DNA of 64,000 nt from contig CM074814.1 of NCBI GenBank assembly GCA_037447605.1, forward strand, positions 1-64,000, given 5' to 3'. How positions within the stretch are numbered: the first letter of the stretch is position 1; each line of letters opens with the position of its first letter. The position numbers were made by a program, and so were the translations under genes. A model generated the notes under the pieces. It worked only from the letters and a program-made list of their open reading frames with translations, had not been told where the DNA came from and made no database searches. Source of the stretch: Zygnema circumcarinatum SAG 698-1b. Taxonomy: Eukaryota > Plantae > Zygnematophyceae. Shown here piece by piece: positions 23,186 to 36,046 of this stretch.

Positions 23186-24828
23186 CTAATGGATTTTAAG
23201 GTTGGTGAGGATGTTGGCGCCAGTGGGGTTGGCCAAGTGGTCAAGGAGGTTCTGGAAGGGCCCCTCGCCGGTGACAATGCCCTGGATGAAGAAGCCCAAC
23301 ACGGCGAGCATGGCCAGCCGTCCGTTCTTAATCTCCTTCGTCTTCAGCACCTTCAGCGACTTGTCGTCCTTTCCGAACCCGAGGATGTTGAAGAAAGCGC
23401 CGCCGGGGTAAGCCGGGTCGCCGGATCCGCCGAGGACCTTCTCAAGGCCGAGGAGGTAGGTCTTGGAGCCATAGCCGGGCTCTGCAATAACTCCCAAAAG
23501 CAAATCAGTTAAGGCATACACAGACACCATAACCAACGCGCGGCTGACAAATCGCAAGTCACACTTCAGAGGCAGGGCTCCAGATGCCGTTGACTAGCTG
23601 CAGAAAGTCATCCTCCCACAACATGGCAAGCAGCCGCAAATCCCAGAGGCATGAAGGCTCATGAAAACTCACTCCAGTAGTCCTGCCCCCTGCGGTGCTC
23701 TGCGAAGCCGAGAAGCACAATCTCAAGGATGAAGAGGGTGTAGGGATCGGCCCAGTAGTCGTAGGCGCCCAGAGGGGGGATGACGCCCGAGCGGAACCAC
23801 ACGACGGCGGTCTCCTGCGGGATGAGTCCGATCTTGCCGAGCACCTCCGGCGCGATGATGCCGGCGGCGCCGAGCATCGCCCAGCGCGCGTTGATGATCT
23901 CGGCGTACGCGAGCCACTTGGGGTCGATGAACTGCCCGGCGCCCTCGGGGTCGCTCAGGCCCAACGGGTCAAACCCGAAGTCGCCAGGGAGACTGCACAG
24001 CACATTCAGCGGCCACAGAGGGTGAGTGGCATTGCAGACAGCGCCCTACCCTCTGGCAAAATGTACCGGCGACCAGAGCAGCACGGCCTTAAGAAAGTGT
24101 CACAGAGGCTGCACATTGTACTGCACGGAATGTATTCGAGTGAAACGAGCGGAAAAAACAACAATGCACGATGTCAGAAGGTGAGTACACCTACGTGCCA
24201 TCCAAGTAGGAGAGCGACTGCGGGGAGGAGAACCACGTCTGACGGTTATCGGCCTGCAGCACCCGGGCGAGTACAGTCACCGTCAGTCCCCCGCAAGGGG
24301 CCCCTCCACAGAAGCTCAACATCACTTTGGTAGCGGCAAACAGCACGCTGAAGGAGTCTGATCCCATCGAACTACGCTAAACTAGCACCAGTGACGACAT
24401 TCTGTATTCTAACATCCAGCAACTTCGAGCTGTTCTCCAAGTCGAAAAACGGGCATAAAGTCTGCGCCAGAAGTGCCCTGTGCCCTAAACACGTCCGCTA
24501 GGCCCGTTTCCACGTCCTATCGCCTCGCTTCGTTTGAGCAGAAGGCTGCTTTCCGACACGGCCACAGGCGGTGATGGAGACAGCCTCCACGACTTGACAG
24601 AAGAAATTGTCTAAAAAGGAAGGGTGGGGGGGGAGGGGGAGGGAGATGCGGCGAAGAAGGGCCCACCTTGACGGGCTTGTCTGCGGAGGCGCGCACGACA
24701 AGGCGGTCGGCGCGGAGGGGCGCGGCGCCGGGCGCAGCGCTGCGGAGGGCCTTGCCCTGCGCGAAGGTCTGCCGGCACGCCTCGAGGGCGGCGGGGGCGG
24801 CGAGCGCGCGGGCGGAGACGGCGGCCAT
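23186..24828 (-). CDS. LHCA3: Photosystem I light-harvesting chlorophyll a/b protein Lhca3 (type III), 4 exons
   Basis: Exons 24828-24667, 24253-24195, 23992-23673 and 23481-23186 are in phase. Motifs [66 protein letters not shown] and [10 protein letters not shown] match Lhca3. Confidence 0.93.
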
Positions 24829-25660
24829 GGCTGCTGCGCTCTGCTCTCTGCTCTCTCTCTCTCCCTCACACCCTCTGCGTGGACTGTCGGACGGACGGAG
24901 AGGGCGCTGCGCGGGCCTTAGCCTCGAGAGGGCGCGCGGGCGCGGTCGGCGCGGGCCGCCGACAAAGCAGATAAAGCGGATCGCGTCCGCCAATCGCAGC
25001 GCCCGCGCGGCCCCGCCGGCCAATCGCGGCGACCGCGTGGAGGGGCGGAGGGATCCCGCCCACCGATGCGCGCGGGGCCGTCGGATCCCCCCCTTGCCGC
25101 GGGCGGGCGGGCGGGCGGCCTCCCTTCCATCCGCACGCGCGAGGCGGCGATAGCGCGATCCGGCGCCGCGCGCCAATTGGTGCCACCGGGAGTCCCCACC
25201 GCCTAGGGGGCTAAGGGCTAGGGTCTAGGAACCTACGCCTAGGCCTACACGCTGGAAGGAAGCCTGCCCTCGTGGCGCGCCGCAGTGGCCCGCGCGGGTC
25301 AGCGCTGTGCCCGCAGCGGGCGGCCGTTCGTACGGCTCCTCTAGGGCGGGGCCAGCGCGGCAGGTACGGCAAATGTACGGTTGATGCAGGGCGCGAGCCC
25401 GAGCGGCGCGCCGCGGCTCCATGGCCAATTCAATTGCAAATTGCGGTGGGCGGCGCGGGGCGGGGCGGGGCGGGGCGGGGCTGTGCGCGCTGGAGGGGAG
25501 GGGGAGGGGACCGAGGGCGCAGGCGAGGCCCTACTGACAATGACTAGGCAACTAGGCAGGCAGGCAGGGACCTCCCGCGGGAATACGTACACCAGCGTAT
25601 GACTTTACACGCGATGCGGAGTCGCTTGCATGCATGCATGCATACAGGCAAGGCACAGGC

Positions 25661-25809
25661 CGAACCATTAGACCAACCATTCGACTGGTTACCAACCATT
25701 GGCGCCGGACTGAAATAGCCATTCGATTGATTCCGAACCAGTGGATGCCAATGGTTGGCAACGACAACCATTAGACGTCCAACCATTGCCGTCCAACGGT
25801 TGCCGATCC
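25661..25809 (-). repeat. Dispersed, inverted copy of the palindromic satellite family seen at 200-1520
   Basis: Its reverse complement GGATCGGCAACCGTTGGACGGCAATGGTTGGACGTCTA...CCAGTCGAATGGTTGGTCTAATGG matches ~647-720 and ~590-612. Confidence 0.85.
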
Positions 25810-25908
25810 TTGCGCACATCTCTCGATCACCCCGCTTTTACACCGCACGCGAGAGCACCCGCCGAGTGAGCACTCGACCAGTCCGCAAGTTCGAATGCAA
25901 GAGTGGAA

Positions 25909-25956
<48 letters not shown>
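25909..25956 (+). repeat. (GAT)16 microsatellite
   Basis: Perfect trinucleotide run, intergenic or 3' of the cupin gene. Confidence 0.97.
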
Positions 25957-25957
<1 letters not shown>

Positions 25958-26191
25958 GTGCAGTCAGACTTCACACGCTATTCACTTCCGTGGCGGGCTC
26001 TGAGGCTTGTCATCCTCTGACGGACCGCCATGTGCATGCCATCCAAAATGCACAACATCGCATTGTCACCATACACTTTTGGCATAACGATAATCGGTTT
26101 GCGAATGCGCCCAGGGATAGCGGCACGGCGGCGTGCAGTCTCGGCTGGCTGGCTGGCTGGCTGAGGCCGGCTGGCGGCTCTCTCCCTCCTC

Positions 26192-28297
26192 CTACTCGTC
26201 CTCCTCCTCCTCGAAGAGGTAGTGCTTGTCGACGGCCTCCGCGACGGTCCACGTGCAGGCCATGCCCGCCGGGAACTGCACGAGGTCCCCCGCCCCGAAC
26301 TCGACCCCCTCCGAGGCGGCGGCCGGCGTGACGCGGACCCTCCCCGCCAGGAGGAAGCACGTCTCGCGCTCGCGGTACGTCCACGGGAACTCGCTCGGAG
26401 GGCACCCCCACCTGCGCGGACACCCAGAACAACACGCCTCAGCGGGGGCTTGGCAGTAGTGGATCGAGGAAAGGATAGGGTTCGTCACGAGAAGAGCAGC
26501 GATGATGCTCTGCTTGAGATGTCCCTACAAGAGAAAAACTGTTATGGATTTTGAACACATCGTGACGGCCAGGATCAGACACATGGAATAGGGAGGATTT
26601 GACCAAATCAGAACAAAATAGGGCCAAAGAAAAGCCCTTCAGCCGATGAAAATAGCTGGGACACTTTCCTCAGTGAATGGAAACAAACATGTATTTCACT
26701 CTCGAGAACGGCCAAGGGCCCAGTCATTTTGTCAGGTGAACATCAACATCTGTTTGATCACCGCAGTTGAATCGATCATTTCACCGAAGTCCGAACAGAG
26801 ACAGAAGGTGAGAGTGGCCGATGACACATGCGAGGTCAAGAAACAGCGTACTCAATTTAGTTGGGGAAGGTAAGGAGGTGCAAAAGGCTGACGTAAAAAG
26901 TTGCAGCTACGTTCCCATTGTTGCACCTGAAAAGCTTTACTGAAAGTTTTGGATCCCCTTACGGCAAAAGCCTACGGAGTGCTCGTGCATGGGCGACCTG
27001 CCCAGTGTCGGCCAGACTTAAGAAATGCCCTCAGCAGACGTACACTTCTTCGTCGACCAATCCTGACGACACTGCCTACTCCGGTGTATGCAGTGGCTAA
27101 GCCCCTGCCTCTCAAACGAGTGATCAGTGGCAGCAGGCAGAGGAGAACATATTCTAGCCTCCCAACCTACCATCTATTCCGAATCGGAAATTAGCGTTCA
27201 TTGCTCAGCTGGCTGATGCCATGAATTTGTGGAAATGGAGGGTTTGGATGACGACACAAGACGAGCAGAATAAGTATTAACTTCCAACCTTCCGCTGGGG
27301 ATTGACTGAAAAGTAGAGAGCAGCTTTGGATAAGCTCCTTCTGCAGTTTGTAGTGTTGGCTATCGGGCATCCACAATGTGTGCTCTACATCTCAATGGCC
27401 ACCATGCGCCACATGCCTGACGATAACATAAGTGGCGAGAAACGACAACTCGAGTTCAGACATCAGGATTCTTTCTCACATTTTCAAAGAGAAAACTGAA
27501 GGGCAAAGAGCAAATAACCCGGTTCTGTAACCTCTACGCACTCACGCCTCGCCGTGTAACGCTATGCAATGAGCATTATATTTTGAACAAACCTTTCTTT
27601 AGTCGACCTTTCAGATAGTGATTTGAAAATGACTTAAGATTCCCCCATTAAACCACGCGGACTGGACAAGAGGCGGTGTCAATGTTCGCCTACTGTTTTG
27701 CATTTACTGCCAGTGGACATCAGATGTGCATGCAGCTCTTCAGGGTACAGAGCAATGCTTCCCTTAGCCCATGAATTGAGAACTGAAACTCACGGCTACT
27801 ATCACACCCCTGGTCAGGTAATCAGATAGCGGCACATATGGCAAAGTTCACAGGTTCTGCTTGTGTTGCAGTTCTCGAAGACAGCACCCAGCGCTCGTCC
27901 TCTCCATGCATGCCAGTGCCCTTCAGCGCACTACACACAGCCCGCCCGCAAGCACCCACAGCCTGGCGGTGCGAGGAAAGGGACAGACGAGCCAATCTCC
28001 TGCCTCCACTCACTTAGGCCAGGAGCGCACGCCAAGCTCTTGCAGGCGCGCCTCGGAGGGGTTGCGCTCGATGCGGATGCCGAGCTTGGTCTCCACCGTG
28101 CGGTCCTGCGCCGCCTCCTTCGCTTCCGCCATGGCGCGGAGGCCTCCCCGCGCCCTCCCCCCGTCCAGCAGGCGCCCCGCCCCCGCGCGCAGCGGCGGCA
28201 GAACGCGGCGCGAGTGAGCGCGCGGGGCAGCGGACGGCCCGCGGAGGCCCGTGCAGGCGCAGGCCGAGGCCGCCATGGCCGTGCCCGCCATGGCCAT
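26192..28297 (-). CDS. RmlC-like cupin (cupin_3/DUF861, Arabidopsis At4g10300/TRR14-like), probably plastid-targeted, 2 exons
   Basis: Exon 1 28297-28014 (...LGIRIERNPSEARLQELGVRSWPK) splices in phase to exon 2 26411-26192 (WGCPPSEFPWTYRERETCFLLAGRVRV...GDLVQFPAGMACTWTVAEAVDKHY). Confidence 0.93.
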
Positions 28298-28493
28298 GCC
28301 TGCGCGGCTGCCCCCTCTGGCCTCCTGACAGGAGGAGGCGCCACGTGGACCGCCGCAGCCGCTTTCGAGTGTGCGCACAGCGTGTGTGACGTCACGGCAA
28401 AAAGACTCGTCGGCGCGGCACGCGGACGGGACGTGACGAGGGAGCGGACGGGCAGGCGGGCGGACAGGGCAGAGGGCAGAGCGGGAGGCGGCC
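28298..28493. promoter_or_regulatory. 196-bp bidirectional promoter between the cupin and GLX2 start codons
   Basis: Divergent ATGs at 28297(-) and 28494(+). Contains G-box CACGTG (28342-28347) and the palindrome GTGACGTCAC (28386-28395). Confidence 0.6.
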
Positions 28494-31212
28494 ATGGCCA
28501 TGTCCATGGCGGGGGCTGTCCTGCTGCGCGCGCTGCCTCGGCGGGCGGGCGCCGCGGCAGGCCCCGCCCTGCGCCCGCGAGAGCCGAGCTCGCTTTCCAC
28601 CCCGCCATGCGCCGCCCGGCTGAGCGCGCTGCCCGGCCATGGCCGCACTCGCGGAAGGGAAAGCGAAAGCGGAGCGGAGGCCGCTCCTCAGCTTTCCGTG
28701 GGGCTTGGCGGGCGACATGCGGTGGCTTCCAGACCCTGCGTGCACACGCGGCCTCACTCGCAATCTTCTCGCCCCGAAGGTCTTCGTCGCAGACAGTTTG
28801 TGGCAGCGGCGGGGGGGGTGAGAGGTGTGGCTGCGCCGCACGCTTCCAGCCTTCAGATCGAATTGGTGAGTTTTTTTTTTGTTTCCATCGCAGCGCCAAG
28901 TAGGGTGACCCTCCTAAATTTCATGATGCAATTGGGGTCATTCTCTACATAAGTAAATCGGCAAGTATGCGTATTCTTTCATAATTTATGCTTGCCTGGC
29001 TGAAAATGCGAATGTGTAAAACGCTGCTCGAAACGCCAGTGTTTTTTTTGCATTGGTGTCGCTTAATAGAATGCCGACGAGGAGCTGACGAATGGAAGTC
29101 TTGCACCGCTTGTGGCAAGTGCTTCATTGTCAGCTCTCACGATCCTGCTCCTCGTCGCCAAGTCTTTTGCTTTCGCGAGACTCTCACAGGCACTCCCTTT
29201 AGGTTCTTCTTGTAGATTCTGCCTTTTGCTTCACTTCTCAGCCTGCTCCCATTCGTGCATTTGGATAAGCCCATATTCTGGCTCATGCCCAGCGCTTTTC
29301 CAGTCTTTTCATAAGCTTGCATAAGCAGACATGTTTGCCACACAGCGCCGCCTGTGCAGCAGAGGACTCTGAGGGCATCTGACGACTGTCTCTGAGTGCG
29401 TGCAGGTGCCCTGTCTGCGCGACAACTACGCGTACCTCCTCCTCGACCCCTCCTCGCCCGCGGCCGCCCTCGTGGACCCCTCGGAGGCGGAGCCCCTCGA
29501 GGCGGCCCTGAGGGCGCGCGGCCTGCCCGCCTCGCACGTGCTGGCGACGCACCACCACGCGGACCACACGGGGGGGATTGCGCGCCTCAAGGCTCGCTAC
29601 GGCCTGCAGGCCGGCCCGCGCTGCCCTCTGCCGCCACGTGTCAATGCAACAGCGGACACACGTGGCCAAGCCCGCCATTGTCGTACAAAGTTGAAAGCAG
29701 TGGACTAAGAATACGATGAAACCCGCGGGTCTGTCTTTTGTTGTTGAATAGTGCCGGTACTCACTGCTTCAGGAAGGGCGATGCGACAGGTGGTTGGGCC
29801 GAAAGCGGATCAAAATCGCATACCCTGCATTGATGTGGCGCTTGGAGAAGGCGACATCTGGCAGTTTGGGGGTCACAGCATGCAAGTTTTTGATACTCCG
29901 GGACATACTCGTGGTACGATTTGGCCATCCCTCTATGCTGGGGCCTGCGAGGAAGGAAATGCTAGCCTTCCTTTTGTGCAGAAGGGGGTTGTCAGGAAAG
30001 CAGAGGGCGCATGCTGAACGCGGCTTCGGGGTGTCTATGGCGCAGGACACGTGTCGTTCTACTTTCCGTCGGCCTCTGCTGTGTTCACTGGTGACACGCT
30101 CTTTGCCCTTGGATGTGGACGACTTTTTGAGGGCACCCCGGAACAGGTGCACTGTTCGGCTTTTGAGGGGGCAGGAGAAATGGCGGTCCATCTTTTTTGG
30201 AAGAGGGCAGGCAACCCAAATTGGGCCAATGACCCCGTCCTCACTTATTCAGCTCGTCGTGCTTTCAGATGTGGGCCTCGCTATCCAAGCTCACAGCTTT
30301 GCCTCCAGCGACACTTGTCTATTGCGGCCACGAGTACACACAGGTAGGGGATGTGATGGATGTAGAGGGCACTCTCATCCAAAGATGCCAATAGGGACAT
30401 TGAGAGAGTGACACGGGAATAAGGTCTAACACAGACTTCCACCTACATTCAGTATTGGTGCGCTTGTCATGTAGAGGATGTCGAAGATCCCATTCCGATT
30501 AGTCTGTCTCAGAACTTGAATCTCCTCCGCAGAAATTACTCACGGGGGGCAATGCGGCATCCCCAACTGCTGCATTTTCGCCAATGGCGCAGAAGAGCAT
30601 GGGGTGGTGGCCGATTGGGGGGGGGTCGACTGGCAAGAGTGCTGCTGCTCCTGACCCACAGTGCGGGCGGGCGGGCGGGCAGGCCAATGCAGAGTTTGCG
30701 CTGAGCGTGGAGGGAAGCAGCGCGGCGCTGCGGCAGCGCGTGGAGCGCATCCGCCACCTTCGGGGCCGCGGCCTGCCAACGGTTGGTCATTGCTTTCGCA
30801 CACATCACTTGGCCTGCCCTCGCTGCTGTGCGTGCCATCCACTGCCAAATCTGTAGCCAGTAGCAGGGGTTGTCATAAGCGAGGCAGGAGTGGCGCAACC
30901 AAGACCAGGAGTGAGACGTTTAGTGAATTGGTGCAGTGAAGTTAGGAAGAATGGTGGATGGTTTATTGCTGTGTTAGTTTACGTGTGCTGTAGAGGAGGG
31001 CAACGTCAATTTTTCCATTCGTTCCTTTTTGTGTGCGCTCATTTGGAGTTTGGGCACTGGGACAGATTCCAAGCACTCTTGAAGAGGAGCTTGCAACCAA
31101 TCCATTCCTCCGCCCTCACAGTGCAGAGATCCGGCGAGCGTTGGGCATGGCCTCTGACGCCACTGATGTTCAGGTGTTTGCAGCGCTGCGACGGGCCAAG
31201 GACGAGTTCTGA
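28494..31212 (+). CDS. GLX2: Hydroxyacylglutathione hydrolase (glyoxalase II), organelle-targeted, 7 exons
   Basis: Exons 28494-28865, 29406-29609, 29790-29913, 30046-30146, 30269-30343, 30683-30781 and 31066-31212. Motifs [63 protein letters not shown] and TNPFLR. Confidence 0.97.
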
Positions 31213-32057
31213 GCTGGTGGGAGAGGTAGGCCATGGCATGCTTGTGAAGCACTGGACGGCATTCTGGGGATCCTTTTGTCATGCTGCTTTTTAGATACCG
31301 TGGGGGCTGTGACTCAAAAGATTTTCGCCAGGTGAATGGTTTTTCTATCATTCAGAAATCATATCAACTTTGTACCCTCCACGAGACGGATCTTGTTCTT
31401 GCCAAAGTACTTAATTCGACACCAAATCTATACATATTATGGTTCCGTAATAGAAAAGAAAACTTCAATTAAACACATATTTCCAAACACGCCAGTCAAA
31501 AGCCTGAAGCCGCCACATGGGAGGTCATCTCAGGTTCTCTGGTAGAAAGGTGAAATGAAGTAGTGAGCGATCCTGTGAGGGGCGAGTGCGAGCACTTTGT
31601 TGAAGAGGGAGGCCGGTGTGGCGACACCACACATCTCTTCCAGTTTTTTTTTTTTCCCCTTGAGGTGGTTGTAATGACCTGCGCCGCTCAAACCTGAGCT
31701 TGTTCCTGTGGGGGAGTAGCTCTCAAACGCTCTGGGGCATGGGCATGGATCTGGGCGTGGTTGTGGGCGCTCCAGCCAAAGGATGCTCACATGACATGGC
31801 CGCTCACTTCGGGTCAGCGAGGACGGTGAGGTGCGCACCGGCAGAGCTGGTGCAGGTGCAAGAGGTGGGAAGATGCTACTCCTCAAATGGTAGAATCACT
31901 TACAAAAGCCATGGCAAGGGCTCTCGACAAGTAACAAGAACACCCGCAAGAGAATGTCCCTGCATCGCATTATTGGCCGGCCACCTCTCGCATGAACCAA
32001 GTGCGGCAGCCAGCCAAGAACATCCCTCTGCGCCTGCCTGCCTGCCCGCCTGCCTGC

Positions 32058-35000
32058 CTAGTCCACCCGCGCGGCCTCCCCCACCTCCGCCGCCATGCGG
32101 TCGTACCAGGGCCCTATGGCCGTGTTCGCGGCCATGTCTTGGCCGGCCCGCAGCGGCCGGATGGCCCGCAGCACGCCGAACACCGCCAGGTCCGCCAGGT
32201 TCGGCTTCTCGCCCCCTGTACGGCCACCCGCCGGCAGCAGGCTCAGCTCAACAAGGATTTTAGGGCAGTCTCCTTTAAGATGGAGCCAGCATCATCAACA
32301 TACGTGACCAGGAGAAAACCGGTCAACCACCGGTGGCCAAATAAGCGAGCGCTTAGATTCACAGACTGAGGCAACAGTGAGATAAATGAGCGTTAAAGAC
32401 CCGCCCATCAGAAGCGGGATGGTGGGATTCCTTCTTTGATGCAAGACTGGAGGCTGAGCCCATAGTTTCATCGACTAAGAGTTCAGAAACCCCCTTAACT
32501 CAGGAAAGGGAATTGCATGTTGTTCTCAGGACAAACCGAAGTGACTCGAACGGAGCGAGTTCAAAACTGGGCTGCAACTTACCAAGGAAGTTCCGTCCCT
32601 GAAGAGCCTCAACCCACTCCTCCGCTGCTGCGTAGAGGGAGGCGCGGGGATCCTCAATATTGTGCCGCTTCTTCAAACGCTTTGAAATAAAGTACATGGC
32701 GGTGGCGCCGGCATACTTCGCCATAGCCCTCTCCATGCCTGAGAACTTGCCTGCACTCCAACCGCAAAAACATTGCAGCCCAGTTCTAAAAGCTAAGGCC
32801 ATCTTCACTGATCAGTCCTAGCAGGTCCAAAGCAGGAAATGGAGGGACATGTCAAATGATACACTCAATTGTATCGTAGAAAATGGAAGGCAATCCAGAA
32901 CGCAAGCACCACGAACAGACGTTGAAAATCACTCCACGGATTATCAGCGAAGGCAAGCTGAGAGTAGCAGCTGCCTCGCAGAGTGGTCTGGCAGCTATTC
33001 AACACTCCGACTACTTCCAAACACGAACCAGAACCTACCGTTGGTGGTAATGTAGTCGAATGCCTCAATGGCCTCTGAAGGTGTTCGATAAATGTTGGGG
33101 GACAGCATGTGGACAAGATGCTCGTCAACCCACCTGTAGCAAAACACAGGCACAGGCACAGGCCCCCGTCGAAACCTATTAGAACGTGGAGGATATCAAA
33201 AGCTACTTCGAACACGAGTTGAGTGGATTGTTTGGTGGACAGCAAGTATGCCCCTTTAATCTGCCCTTGATTGCTTTGCATTCTTCCTGCCTCCAAAGCA
33301 AAGCTGGTGGCTTTCATTTGGAGCCAGAATAAGTATAACACCTTTCGTAGAAACCAATACGTTGGAAACATGATTTTGAGGTGGATTTATTAGTGTCTCA
33401 AAATGCAAGGAAAAGACTTCAAAAAACAAAAAACATAAACATAAACGGCTCATACAGAACAGCTGTTGGTGTAATCTGCGCCCTCGCTAAGTGGTTGCTG
33501 TACTCGTGTACGCTACATATTGGATTACAGTTCAATTAGGTGTCATGTCCTTCACCCATAATGCATGTTCAGGAGACTTTCAACTAAAAACTATCTAAAA
33601 ACTATCCAATAGTCGCAAATTTGCCGCATGCAAAAAGGATGTCTGTTCTGATCTGAAACCGTAAGTCAGCCAATGATACAGTCCCTGGCTTCCACAGGCA
33701 GAGGAGGGCGGTGAAAAGGTAGGTTTACCGATTGCAGGTATGGCGAGGCAATACAGAGTACCATGCACGTTCTAGTAGACCAATGGTAAATCAGTCATGA
33801 GCCAACACTAGAATGAGCGATTACCGGAAGGCTTTGGCATACAATACCTGCGCCATCGGCTCTCTTCAGTTTCATCTTGTCCGACAACATCTTCCGCCTT
33901 TCGCTGGTTAAAGCGGCTCTCAAGTGTTGTGATTATGGCTGCAGATACCGGCACAGACTTAGAGCTGTTACTTCACATTTCATTCCTCATGATGATGGAG
34001 CGAACAGCAAAATAACTGCTGCTGCAATTGCCTAAAGCAGTAATGAGCATCTTACTCCCCGTCATACACAATGCCTCACGAGAGGGCCTTGCAAAAAATT
34101 ACACAAACACACAAGACAAACCTGTCGAGTCATTGAGCTGCTCTTTTCCCACAAGTAGCACGGGGACTTTCTTGTAGTCCGACCATTTGAGCTCCTTCTT
34201 ATTGAGAGGATTTACTTCCACGACTCGATACGGGATGTCGTGATAGTCCAAATAAGCTGCTTGCAACACGAGACCAATGGACGGATCAAACGCGGATGGA
34301 CACCGTCAGCCTCCCTAAGGAGACCGCCTCTTGCCAAAACACGGAAACCAATCCTATCTCAAATAATTATGATTATTATTATTTTTTAATTCTATTTTTT
34401 CCCAGCAGTTCAAGTTGAATGATGCCGTCAAGTATAATTATGAAACACTACTTCCAAAAACAACGAGGCCCGCATAAGCACGACATCAACGAATCCAAAC
34501 CACCTCCCAAGGCAAAAAGTTACGACAAAAAATGCGATGGTACAATAGCGAAGTCTTTATCCTCAAAAGCAAGTTACAGATATGCAGGTGAACCTGGGTG
34601 GTAGAAAGGCGATCTGGGATTAAAAGACGATTGCTTGGACTGTTTCAATGGGGATAGAAGGAAGTAGCATGCTCTAGATTCAAAATGTGATAGTGCTTGA
34701 GTTCAGAAACTGCTCGAGCATATGAGCGAAGGATGGGTTGACTGGATGACCGTGAAGACAGACAAACCAAATCGAATGACATTGTATCCTATAAAAAATA
34801 AAAAAATGTTTGGGGCTTCCATAATTAAATACGGACAGCGAAAAATTCAGACCATTTACAGCGCTTGTAAGTTGGGCTGTGCCGCAGAACGCCATTGTGG
34901 ACGACTAGCAACATTGGTACCACATTTGCAAGCCAGTGGAGAGGAGACGCCAACATCCCACGCCTCTGCAAATCCCGCAATCGCCTTTTGCCCATGTTCG

Positions 35001-35632
35001 TTACCTTTGACTTTGTTGCAAAAAGGACAGGCTTCGTATTGATACAACACAACGTCATCCGGCGTCACTGGCAGCTTTTCTTTAGCTTCAACTCCCGCAA
35101 GCGTTGAAAGCGCGCAAACGTGAACCGTGCCGGCCAAAAGCCAGCTCAAGCTTCTCCCTGACGCCCTGGCGCCATCGGAACTGCTTCCGACCAAATACGG
35201 GCCCCCTTTCTGATTTTCCGCCGACGCCTCTACAAACTTCTGAGCGCAAGCCGCAAGTGACGCAGGTGGACATGCCGTTTGCGACTGATATCGAAAAAAC
35301 ACTGATCTGGTGGGCGGAGGGAACGATGTTGCGTTCGTTGCGGAGATAGATAGTGAAGGGGTAGCAGGAGCCTGTTCAGAGACCACTAGTGAGGAGGTCG
35401 AAAGGAAGGGGAGAAGAATAGAGGAGGTAGGCAGTGGCAAAATGGGTGAGAATTTCGGGCAAGAAGCATTGAAGCTATATGCAGAGGACGGTGTGGATTG
35501 AGGGAGGGCGCGGCCGTTCTGTCCGATGGAAGCCACAGGAAAAGCCGGGGCAGGGCCTGCAGGAGGCGGGGGCGTGCGCGTGAGGAGGGCGCAGAGGCGG
35601 CGCAGCGCACGGCCCTGCGCGAGCGGAGCCAT
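32058..35632 (-). CDS. PTGES2: Prostaglandin E synthase 2-like glutathione transferase/glutaredoxin-fold protein, 6 exons
   Basis: Motifs LYQYEACPFCNKVK|AYLDYHDIPYRVVEVNP...YKKVP...LNDS, WVDEHLVHMLSPNIYRT, KYAGATAMYFISKRLKKRHNI and FLGGEKPNLADLAVFGVLRAI. Exon 1 is 35632-35005, exon 2 is 34256-34122, and the stop is at 32058-32060. Confidence 0.95.
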
Positions 35633-36046
35633 AGCCGCGGCCACGGCGGTCTTCCTCGCCCGCTCGCTCTCACGCGCTCGGCAGTCGGCAGCCTTCGGCT
35701 TTAGCGCCCACGGCCTGTTTGAAAACTGCATCGTATCGTATCGCCTGCGAATCGAGCAGCCCCGGGGAAGCGGAGAGCGCGCGCTGAGGGGAAGTGCGCC
35801 CTTCGCTGCGAGCTCTGCCCTCCGCCCTCAGCTCGCTCGCAGCAGCAGCAGCAGCAGGAGCAGCAGGAGCAGCAGGAGAGCAGGAGCAGCAGGAGCAGCA
35901 GGAGCAGCGCTGGACACCCCGCGCTGCCTACCGGCTGACGGCTCTCGTTCGCGAGGCTGCCTGCCCTTTGTCCGATCTGCCTCTGTCTCAGCGCGCCTCC
36001 CCGGCCCTGCCGCATCTGTCCCGCTGCCTCCCGGAACTCTATTACC

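Noticed and set aside
25903-26331. Poly-Asp ORF and the antisense poly-Ile ORF at 25771-25974
   Set aside because: Both are artefacts of the (GAT)16 microsatellite. The rest overlaps the cupin exon on the opposite strand.
27863-28903. 300+ aa ORFs on both strands across the cupin/GLX2 promoter, and similar GC-rich shadow ORFs elsewhere
   Set aside because: Very high GC suppresses stop codons. The products are Arg/Ala/Pro-rich shadows of real exons and UTRs.
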